A DNA stretch of 64,000 nucleotides from Myxococcota bacterium. Lineage in GTDB: Bacteria > Myxococcota_A > UBA796 > CAJQPC01. This document shows positions 40,933-49,173 of the stretch, one piece after another. Numbering within the stretch: position 1 is the first letter of the stretch; every line of letters begins with the position of its first letter. The notes beneath the pieces were generated by a model, which was not told where the DNA came from, did not search any database, and saw nothing but the letters and a program-made list of their open reading frames with translations. Both the position numbers and the translations under genes were made by a program. The stretch spans positions 32,001-96,000 of the forward strand of contig DASCPX010000189.1 of the NCBI GenBank assembly GCA_036012755.1, read 5' to 3'.

Positions 40933-42302
40933 ATGGCTCCGGATGTGGCGGAGGCGATCGACGAGCAGCTCCTGGAGATCCGCGAACTCGCCGCGCGCCA
41001 GGGGTCGGATCCGCACCTCACCGGCATCCTGCTGGCTTGTTTCGGCCGCCTCGAGAAGACCGCACAGGACAACGGGCTCCCGGACCTCGCCGAGGTCGCC
41101 GCGGCGCCCTGCCCCCGATCGTCGTGATGGCCGTGCCTGCGCACGGTGTCCGCATCCGCGAAGAGGCCGACTGCTGCGTGGAGCGCATCGCGGTCGTCAG
41201 CGACGTGAGTCAGCTCCGCGAGGCCGTGGCCACCCTCGAGCCCAGCCGCGTCCTGCTCCCCAGTGACGCGCTCCAGGAGGTCGAGGGCTTCGCGGACGAC
41301 TATCGCCGAAGCGTCTGGCTGTACCAGCCAGGGGCCGCCATCGACACAGAGGCCCGGGGTGGAGCGTTGCGCAATGGCGCGTCCGGCTTCGTGCCCTGGC
41401 CGCTCCAGCTCTGCACGGCACTGGCCCGGATGCGCGCCCCGATCGCCGGTGACTGCGACCTGCCCTTCCGGGCGCTGCTACTGGAGGGCGGTCGCGTCGA
41501 CAAGGTCGCCGACGTCCTGGAAGGCGGCGACGTCGAGGTCTTCCGGGAGAAGAGCTACGACCGCGTGCTCGATGCGCTGGAGCGCGAGGGGAGCGAGATC
41601 CTCGTCGTCGACCTCGACAAGCACGGTGGCCGGGGGTTGAACCTCGCGAAGGCGGTCGGAACACACGAGCGTCTACACCCCGTCGAGGTCGTCGGCATCT
41701 CCTCGAAGGGCGCGATGGCGGCTCACGCCAACCAGGCTGGCATCCGCCACTTCGTGCGCCTCCCCATCGCCGACGCAGGGCTTCGCGGTCGAGCCCTCGC
41801 GGCCCTTCGCGAGGTCCGGTCGGCCTTCGACAACGGCGAGCGCGATCCGCGGACCGGGGCCTACAACCGGGCGGCCTTCCTGGACCGCGCGGACGAGTGC
41901 ATCGCCCGCTGTCGGCGGACCGAAGAGCCGCTGGTCGCCGCCGTCGTCGACGTGGTCGGGACCACCGGGATCAACGCGACCCACGGCCTCAGCGCTGGCG
42001 ACCGGGTGCTGCGCCTGGCGGCCGAGGTGCTCGTCGAGGAGCTCCGGCGGACCGACCTGGTCGGGCGCATCGGCGGCGACGCTCTGGGTGTCCTCTTGCC
42101 AGGCTGCACCATGCAGAAGGCGTGGACCCTGATCCGGGACGCCCAGGAGAGCTTCACGGCCTGGTTCCGCCCGGGATCGCCCCTGGCCGACACGGAGTTC
42201 ACCGTGGGTGTCGCCGACGCCGGCGACGGCACGGCCGGCCTGCTCTACCGGGCGGAGCAGGCGATGTTCGACGCCGAGCCCGGGGCCATCAAGGTGGGCT
42301 GA
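40933..42302 (+). CDS. Degenerate REC-GGDEF protein, frameshifted near 41100
   Basis: The N-terminal frame (MAPDVAEAIDEQLLEI...) shifts into the ORF ending at 42302. RDPRTGAYNR, GDRVLR, RRTDLVGRIGGDAL, TVGVA, AEQAMF. Confidence 0.7.
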
Positions 42303-42354
42303 GCGTCAGTGCAGGGCGCTGATTCCGACGTTCTCCGGCACCACGATCTCCACC

Positions 42355-42492
42355 TCAGACCTCGATCACCGGCGACTGGCGCGGCGTGATCACGGTGACC
42401 TGGGGGGCAGGGGGTGGGACCTCGAGCACGGTCGGCGGCATGACGATCGTCGCGGGTTCCTGGGCGAAGGCGGCACAGACGAGAAGGAACAC
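42355..42492 (-). CDS. Small secreted Pro/Val-rich peptide (45 aa, possibly 61 aa with a 1-nt indel)
   Basis: Below the ORF-track cutoff. AGGAG RBS and GTG give MFLLVCAAFAQEPATIVMPPTVLEVPPPAPQVTVITPRQSPVIEV. Confidence 0.5.
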   Translation of the reverse strand: MFLLVCAAFAQEPATIVMPPTVLEVPPPAPQVTVITPRQSPVIEV

Positions 42493-42520
42493 TTGGACTC
42501 CTGCAGCAAGGATCGGACCT

Positions 42521-43060
42521 TCAGGCCTTCTCCTTGTTCCTTTTTCGTGAGAGCCCGAACTGGACCAGCGTGCCCAGCGCGGCGATCCCGCCCACGACGA
42601 GCAGGTTGTCCTGCATGGCCAGTGCCCACGCGAGCGACAGGGCCCCGAGGCAGGCGGTCAGGGGCTTGAGCAGCGCTCGGAAGGCCCGTGGGAACAGGAA
42701 GACACCCACGAGCGCACCGACCAACGCCACCCACCATGGGGTCTCACCGGACATCACGAAGGGCCAGGCCGTGTAGACCGCGCCACCGCTGAGCACCGCG
42801 CCGAAGCTCGCCACGGCTGCTCGCTCGACGAAGCGACAGACCAGGGCACCGAAGACCGCGACGGCGACAGCGGCGATGGCCTTGATCGGATCGTTGACGC
42901 TGTCGGGCAGCGCCAGGCCGACCACGACCCCCAGGAGCAGCCCAGGTGCCATGACGGCGAGCTTGTAGAACCGAGCCCCCGCCAGGGCAAGCGTCGCGCC
43001 CACCAGGCCGGCGACGATTCGAAGGCCCAGGCCTGTCTCCAGATCGTTCATGAAGTCCAT
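42521..43060 (-). CDS. DUF4203-like multi-pass membrane protein
   Basis: About 6-7 short TM helices, LALAGARFYKL start, GTLVQF followed by a basic tail. Confidence 0.7.
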   Translation of the reverse strand: MDFMNDLETGLGLRIVAGLVGATLALAGARFYKLAVMAPGLLLGVVVGLALPDSVNDPIKAIAAVAVAVFGALVCRFVERAAVASFGAVLSGGAVYTAWPFVMSGETPWWVALVGALVGVFLFPRAFRALLKPLTACLGALSLAWALAMQDNLLVVGGIAALGTLVQFGLSRKRNKEKA

Positions 43061-43102
43061 ACATCACGATACGGAGCGCGGTCTCCGATGATTCCGTCCG
43101 CT

Positions 43103-43477
43103 TCAGCGGATGACGGCACGCATTCCGTCGAGCTCGGCGGCGTGGACCTTCAAGGGCTCGACGATCTCTGCGCCGATCGCCACGATCCTGGCCCGGTCCC
43201 GCCCCTCCATCGCGCATCGGAGCAGGCCGAAGCGGAGCTCCAGCTCGACCGACTCCCGGGGTCCGACGAGCTCCCTCAGCGCCGGCTCCAGCTCCGGCTC
43301 GAAGCTGCCCTCGTAGACCATCTGCACCGTCTTGGCGGCCTCGGCGTCGTCTCCGGCGTCCCAGGCCACCAGCGCCTCGTCGATGCCGGCTTCGACGGTG
43401 AGCGCCCGGGCCTCCCACATGCCGGGGTGGTAGGTGGCGTCAGAGGCCATCACGGCGCAGCCGATGAACAGGAGCAT
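43103..43477 (-). CDS. Small helical lipoprotein (resembles FTR1-associated helical-bundle domains)
   Basis: MLLFIGC lipobox, YEGSFEPELEPALR..ELELRFG. Confidence 0.5.
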   Translation of the reverse strand: MLLFIGCAVMASDATYHPGMWEARALTVEAGIDEALVAWDAGDDAEAAKTVQMVYEGSFEPELEPALRELVGPRESVELELRFGLLRCAMEGRDRARIVAIGAEIVEPLKVHAAELDGMRAVIR

Positions 43478-43521
43478 TTGTTGAATCTACCAGATGAACA
43501 GTGCTCTTGACGAGTCAACTG

Positions 43522-44193
43522 ATGTTGTTGGCGTGCACCAGGGCCCCGCCGTGTCCTGCGGACATGCTGCTCATCGAGGGTGGCACCTTCGAGCTCGGCG
43601 AGGTCAGTCCCGGCAAAGGGCACGAGGGTCTCGTCATCACGAGACGCACCATGGTCATCGAGGACTACTGCATCGCGACCCATCCCTTCCCCGGCGAGGG
43701 CCTCGACTGGCCATCTGACGGGTTGAGCCTGTCCCAGCTCCAGACGTGGGAGCCCCTCGTGAACGAGCGGGGCCGTCGGGCCTGCACCGTCGAGGAGCTC
43801 GTCCGGGCCGCGGCGGGTCCGATGAACCAGCCGCGCTCATCCACGCGCGAGGACTGCGAGTCCAAGGACCACCAGCCGGGACCAATCGGCAGTCACCCCG
43901 CTTGTCGGACCGCAGAGGGCCTCGTCGACTTTGGCGTGCGCAGCTCCTGGGCCCACCTCGCCAGCCTGGATGCGGAGTTCCCGCGCTACGAGCGCTGGGC
44001 CAGCTGGGGTCACACCTGGCGCGACGACACCTTCTACCCCACCACGAACTTCGCGATCCACAGCCACGATCCCGCCGAAACCAGCTACCTCGACGATGGC
44101 TGGCGAAGCTGCGCGAGTCCGCGCCGGGACAAGGGTCGCTGGGCCGAGTTCAGCCAGGCCTTCCCTGGCTCTTTTGCGGCCTTGCTCGACTAG
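43522..44193 (+). CDS. Lipoprotein with divergent FGE-sulfatase (SUMF1/EgtB-like) domain
   Basis: CPADMLLIEGGTFELG, YCIATHPFP, GRRACTVEELVRAAAG, IGSHPAC, GLVDF, GWRSCA. Confidence 0.7.
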   Translation: MLLACTRAPPCPADMLLIEGGTFELGEVSPGKGHEGLVITRRTMVIEDYCIATHPFPGEGLDWPSDGLSLSQLQTWEPLVNERGRRACTVEELVRAAAGPMNQPRSSTREDCESKDHQPGPIGSHPACRTAEGLVDFGVRSSWAHLASLDAEFPRYERWASWGHTWRDDTFYPTTNFAIHSHDPAETSYLDDGWRSCASPRRDKGRWAEFSQAFPGSFAALLD

Positions 44194-44490
44194 GGCGCTT
44201 CAGGATCCGATGGGGGAGTCATGGCACTGTTCCGCCGCCTGCTGTCGTGGTTGTCCGCCCCCTTCCGGGACGAGCCGGTCCGCCGCAAGCGGATCGCCAG
44301 GCGGGCCGACGCCCCCGCTCCAGAAGCCGAGGCTCCAGCGGACCCCACGGCGCCGTGGGAGCGTGGTCGAGCCGCACCGTGCTTGCAGGCCCGCGCGGTG
44401 CGCCGCCACGTCATGGACGTGCTCCACCAGATGGAGGTAGAGAGGCCAGGACCTTCGACGACCGGGCGCTCCTGAGGCGGCTCCAAGGGG
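44184..44490 (+). repeat. Direct repeat, left copy (307 bp)
   Basis: Matches 48054-48358 except two substitutions (44310, 44372) and a 2-nt AG insertion near 44441. Confidence 0.95.
44221..44490 (+). pseudogene. Truncated, frameshifted duplicate of the HDOD gene 5' end
   Basis: Same MALFRRLLSWL start as 48091. The AG insertion shifts the frame to a stop at 44475, and similarity ends at 44490. Confidence 0.85.
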
Positions 44491-44570
44491 GGCGCATCCG
44501 CCTCCCTCCGATCCGTCGGGGGGCGCGAGGCGACGCGCGGAGTCTGTCCGATGCAACCAGCCCCTAAGTA

Positions 44571-44598
44571 TCGACAGGATATAATTTCAACGTATGAT
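44571..44598 (+). promoter_or_regulatory. Putative sigma-70-type promoter for the insert gene
   Basis: TCGACA-N16-TATGAT in an AT-rich patch, followed by short CCGGAAA repeats, an AGGAGG RBS and ATG 44651. Confidence 0.4.
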
Positions 44599-44650
44599 AC
44601 CTCCTGACACCGGAAACCGGAAACCGGCTATACACTCGTGAGGAGGGGAT

Positions 44651-46657
44651 ATGCCCACGAAGTGCAGGTATCCTCCCCCGGCATGTCTGCTCCTGTGGCT
44701 CGGCTGCACATCCACAGACCCGCCCCCCCATGACGGAGGGGGCACCACCCAGGCTCCCCAAACCACCACGACAGACTCCGGAACACCGCCAACCGGGAAC
44801 ACCACAGCACCCACGGACTGTGCGCTCATCATTACGGAGCCCGATGAGACGGGGCTGCCCTCCTTTGTCCTGACATGGAGTGGCCCCGAAGACCCGTCTG
44901 TCACCTTCACAGCACCCAGCGAGCTCACCGCCACGACCTCGTTCTTCGGATCTACCTCTCCAGCCGTCACCCTAGTGGCCACGTACCAGGTCGACCCAGT
45001 CGGAGAGCCCCGGCTCGAACACGTTGTACCGACCGTTCCCGTCGAGCGAAGCGACGAGCAATACCTCCAAGAGTATTTTCGCGAAGATGGCCTTTTGATG
45101 GCAACGGTCACTGTTTCGGCCACCTGGAACGGTGGACCACAATGCACAACCGAAACAACCGTTCCCTTTCGCCAGTGGAGTCACGTCGATGAGCATCAAC
45201 GTGACTGCAACAAAAACTGCGTTCAGCCAAGCGACTTGTTCCTTCCCACAGTGATCGAAACCGACGCCCTCGTTCATGCCGTCACAGAGTCCATGAGCGA
45301 TGTGGTGACACTCCAAACCTATGATCGCTCCCGCCCAGACAAGGACAACTACGTCCTGGCACAGATCCCTCTGACTGGAACGCCCCTGCAATTCACCCGA
45401 ATCGGGCCTGGTATTTTCGATGTCTGGGATCCCCAGCACGAGACATCGGGCGGTACCACGCTCAGCTGCAGTGTCTGGCACGATGGCACCGAACTGGCCA
45501 TCACACAGGCGTTTCCCAATGTAGAACAAGCTGTGAGCATCACCCTCGATGCCACCGAGACCGTCAGCGGCCTCAGCTACACCCAGTCGGACTACAAAGC
45601 ACTACCCAAAATCGACAGACCTTGGCTTCACCACAACTGCCTGATCGACCCAACCAGCCCCCACGACAGTACAATCGCCACGGTCTTTGGCCTCAACTGG
45701 GAACCGGCGGGCAACGGTGACGGCAGCTGGGGAAGCACCTTGGTTCGGTTGACAATCGACCAAGACACCAGCGAGCTGGTTGGAGACCTCGAGCCAGTCT
45801 TTTCTCCCTTTGACCTCACGGAAGCCCGCTACAGGTACGGAAACGCGCTCTCGCTGAGCCCTCCAGGATCCGACATGCGCAAGTGGATGAGTCTTTCCTA
45901 CGCCAACGATCACCGGGAAATGACCGAAAAGGAGCGAGCGTTCTATCTCTCTTTCCCATTGACGGACTCAGGACCCGAAGCACCCCGTTTCCTCTTTGTC
46001 AACGACACACACTTCGACGACAGCTCCCTGGTCCAAGGTTGGCAGGAAACATTCCCTGAGCTTGAGTTAATCAGGCTGCCCGACGACCCCCTGACGTCGG
46101 AATATCCCATTCATTTTCCCCACGCCGCCGAGTTTTTCCAAGTTGAAGCGTCCAGAGATATAGATGGGCAGACCTGGGCGATCTACCGACTGGTCATGGC
46201 CAGCCTCGGAGGCTCCGGCAATGACAAGAGTCCGTCGTCCGACCTCTATCCAGAGGTGTACATGTTCGATCTGTATGTACCGAACAACGACAACCCCGGC
46301 ACATCCTACGTGGACTTTTTCTGCGGTCTATCCCTGCCCATAGAAACTTGGTCACACTTCGACTTCGTGCTGACCGCCGGTCCCGAAAAAACACAGCGGC
46401 CTGAATGGATCGCAGCCTACACCTCCAACCCCCACGGGGAGTGGTTTTGGCTGGATCTCTGGCAAACCGATCCCGATGCCTCCGACCGCTGCAGCATCGT
46501 AGGGGCTCAGCGACATCAAACACAGAAAAGTACGGCAGGGACCGCTGTCCCAATCTGGACCACCGAGATCGATCCCACAGGTTTATACGGCCCCCCCATC
46601 ACCGATGTGCAGATTCACCTGAATGCAGACACATTACTGCCCGGATTGGTTCCCTGA
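44651..46657 (+). CDS. 668-aa lipoprotein, possibly a divergent arylsulfotransferase-like beta-propeller
   Basis: RBS, lipobox WLGC, Thr-rich linker, motifs WLHHN / YRYGNAL / FPHAAEF in the order of the ASST HH / HxN / QH motifs. Confidence 0.55.
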   Translation: MPTKCRYPPPACLLLWLGCTSTDPPPHDGGGTTQAPQTTTTDSGTPPTGNTTAPTDCALIITEPDETGLPSFVLTWSGPEDPSVTFTAPSELTATTSFFGSTSPAVTLVATYQVDPVGEPRLEHVVPTVPVERSDEQYLQEYFREDGLLMATVTVSATWNGGPQCTTETTVPFRQWSHVDEHQRDCNKNCVQPSDLFLPTVIETDALVHAVTESMSDVVTLQTYDRSRPDKDNYVLAQIPLTGTPLQFTRIGPGIFDVWDPQHETSGGTTLSCSVWHDGTELAITQAFPNVEQAVSITLDATETVSGLSYTQSDYKALPKIDRPWLHHNCLIDPTSPHDSTIATVFGLNWEPAGNGDGSWGSTLVRLTIDQDTSELVGDLEPVFSPFDLTEARYRYGNALSLSPPGSDMRKWMSLSYANDHREMTEKERAFYLSFPLTDSGPEAPRFLFVNDTHFDDSSLVQGWQETFPELELIRLPDDPLTSEYPIHFPHAAEFFQVEASRDIDGQTWAIYRLVMASLGGSGNDKSPSSDLYPEVYMFDLYVPNNDNPGTSYVDFFCGLSLPIETWSHFDFVLTAGPEKTQRPEWIAAYTSNPHGEWFWLDLWQTDPDASDRCSIVGAQRHQTQKSTAGTAVPIWTTEIDPTGLYGPPITDVQIHLNADTLLPGLVP

Positions 46658-46881
46658 GTATCTCGGGCGGTAAGTAGCGCTGTGCCTGGCCAAAGATAAG
46701 ACCATCCCTGATGGCCACTCACACTCTGTCACAAAAGCCACGTTCTTCTTCGGCGCCTTCCCACGAGCCACAAACACTTCGACTGTAAAACGGCAACATC
46801 GGGTCCCCGCACCGGCCAACCAGGATCTACCTCGTGCCCATCCTTCGCCCACTTCACACAAGTCTTGGCAGAAAACCACCC

Positions 46882-48039
46882 ATGCAACCCACTCTCCTCG
46901 GCCACGGTCTTGCCTGCGCTGGCCTCCTCATCGTTAGCTGCGGGACACCCAACGCCAACGAAGCCGACATCTGCTGGATCGGCGAGGCGGTTCCATCTGA
47001 GCCCACACCACAGCTACCCGAAGACGCCTGCGACGACCCTCCCTCCGCAATGTCGAGCGTGGCCGAGGCCGTCGCCAGTGCTGCAGCGAAGCAAGCCACA
47101 GCCATCGAGGCTGAGCTGTTCGCTCCCGAGCGCATCACCGTCATCACCTGTGGCACAGGCAGCCCCATTCCCTCGGACCGGGCGCAGTCCTGCACAGCGG
47201 TCTTCGCCGGTGGCCAAGTTCCTCCTCTTCGACGCGGGCGATGGCGCCCAACGCTCCATGGAGTCCCAACAGCTTCCCATCGCGGACATCGACGCCGTCT
47301 TCCTCACCCACTTCCACTCGGACCACATGGCCGATCTGGGTGAAGTGATCAGCCGAAGTTGGATCTTGGGACGCCAGCACCTGCTCCCCATCTACGGCGG
47401 ACCAGCAGTGGACCGGGTCGTTCAAGGCTACAGGTCGGCCTATAGTCCCGACGTCACCTATCGGAATGCCCACCACGCTAGCGAAGTGTTCCCTGAGCCC
47501 TCGCTTCACGCCGAAGCCGTACAGCTCGAACAAGCCCCAGCCACGGGTGTGGTGATCTATGAGCAGGGTGGGGTCAGGGTCTGGGCCTATGGTGTGGACC
47601 ACTCGCCGGTCTCACCCGCCGTGGGCTACCGAATCGAGTACGGCGGACGCGCCATCGGCATCTCGGGTGACACCGTCGACAGCGATGGCCTGCGCAACCT
47701 GGCCTCGAACGCAGACCTCCTGGTCAGCGAGGTGATGGACAAGACCTTGGTCCTGGATACCGCATGCGCCTTGGAGATGACCGAAACGAACTATTGTTCA
47801 GGGATATCCGCACATATCACACCGACCTCTTGGAGCTGGCCAACACCGCCGCCGAGGGCGGCATCGACACCCTGATGCTCACCCACATGGTGCCCACCAC
47901 CGACGCCGCACAAGCTGAGCTTCTCTTCGGTGATCCCATCCGAGACGTTTTCAGCGGCGAGGTTATCGTGGCTTCCGGCGATACCTGGTTTACCCTCGAC
48001 GTCGACCCACAACAGGAGACTCAGGGGCTCAGCGAGTAG
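46882..48039 (+). pseudogene. MBL-fold hydrolase (RNase Z/AtsA-like lipoprotein) with two frameshifts
   Basis: CGTGSP, LLFDAG, THFHSDH, VDHSPV..AVGYR, ISGDT, ADLLVSE, YHT, LMLTHMVP are spread over three frames. Shifts near 47215 and 47775. Confidence 0.85.
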
Positions 48040-48053
48040 TCAAACCCCGAATC

Positions 48054-48358
48054 GCTCGACTAGGGCGCTTCAGGATCCGATGGGGGAGTCATGGCACTGT
48101 TCCGCCGCCTGCTGTCGTGGTTGTCCGCCCCCTTCCGGGACGAGCCGGTCCGCCGCAAGCGGATCGCCAGGCGGGCCGAGGCCCCCGCTCCAGAAGCCGA
48201 GGCTCCAGCGGACCCCACGGCGCCGTGGGAGCGTGGTCGAGACGCACCGTGCTTGCAGGCCCGCGCGGTGCGCCGCCACGTCATGGACGTGCTCCACCAG
48301 ATGGAGGTAGAGGCCAGGACCTTCGACGACCGGGCGCTCCTGAGGCGGCTCCAAGGGG
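48054..48358 (+). repeat. Direct repeat, right copy (305 bp), containing the RBS and 5' end of the intact HDOD gene
   Basis: Matches 44184-44490. Confidence 0.95.
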
Positions 48359-49143
48359 TCGTCGCCATGGAGAACCTCGGCCTGCCGCCCTTCCCCGGCA
48401 CGGTGGTGGAGCTCAAGCGCATGCTGGGGAGGGGGGTCGAGGTGCCTTCGTTCCGCCTGGCGAACATCGTCGAGAAGGACCACGCCCTGGTGGAGGAGGT
48501 GCTGCGGCAGGCTCGCGGCCCCAGCTGGTCGAGGCCTCCGGAGAGCCTGCACGCCGCCGTCACGCGCATTGGCAACAACGCGCTCTGGCGCATCTCCATG
48601 CGCTTCGCGCTCGAGGCCACGGTCTTCTTCGTGCCCGGCTACCAGGAGCAGGTCGAGCGCGTCCGCGTCCACAGCCTCGTGACCGCCGAGGTCGCCGCGT
48701 GGATGCTCGGTGACGCAGAGGAGCGAGGCGGCGCCTGGCTCGCGGGGCTCCTGCACGATGTCGGCAAGCTCATCGTGCTGCGCGAGGCCGGGGGCCTCGG
48801 TGCCCCCCTGAGCCCGGGACTGCTCGACGAGATCATGGACAAGACCCACGCGTCGATCGGCTTCCTGGTGGCCCGCGCATGGGAGTTCGAGGACCTGGAG
48901 TGCGGCGCGATCGCGCTGCATCACGGCGAGCGCCGCAACAGCAGCTCCGAGGCGCGCCTGGGCCACTACCTCCATCTCGCGGACGTCGCGGCCCACGGGG
49001 TCGAGGCGCGGCACGCGCGCCAGGCCAGCCCCGCCCGCACCTACATCGTCCACGAGGCCAGGGGCATGGGCTTCGACGGTGACCAGGCCCTGACCGTCGC
49101 CGACCGTGCATACACCAGGCTCAGGGCGCTGCGCGCGGCGTAG
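48091..49143 (+). CDS. HDOD-domain protein
   Basis: LPPFP, LANIVEKD, SLHAAVTRIG, HSLVTA, LAGLLHDVGKL, HASIG...W, IALHH. Confidence 0.9.
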   Translation: MALFRRLLSWLSAPFRDEPVRRKRIARRAEAPAPEAEAPADPTAPWERGRDAPCLQARAVRRHVMDVLHQMEVEARTFDDRALLRRLQGVVAMENLGLPPFPGTVVELKRMLGRGVEVPSFRLANIVEKDHALVEEVLRQARGPSWSRPPESLHAAVTRIGNNALWRISMRFALEATVFFVPGYQEQVERVRVHSLVTAEVAAWMLGDAEERGGAWLAGLLHDVGKLIVLREAGGLGAPLSPGLLDEIMDKTHASIGFLVARAWEFEDLECGAIALHHGERRNSSSEARLGHYLHLADVAAHGVEARHARQASPARTYIVHEARGMGFDGDQALTVADRAYTRLRALRAA

Positions 49144-49173
49144 GCTCCGGGGAATCCGACTACGCTGATGTGA

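Larger units (their letters stand above)
44491..48053. mobile_element. Putative horizontally acquired insert between ~305-bp direct repeats (no integrase seen)
   Basis: Visibly more A/T-rich with more A/T-ending codons than the flanks (by eye, not computed). Bounded exactly by the repeat copies. Confidence 0.6.
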
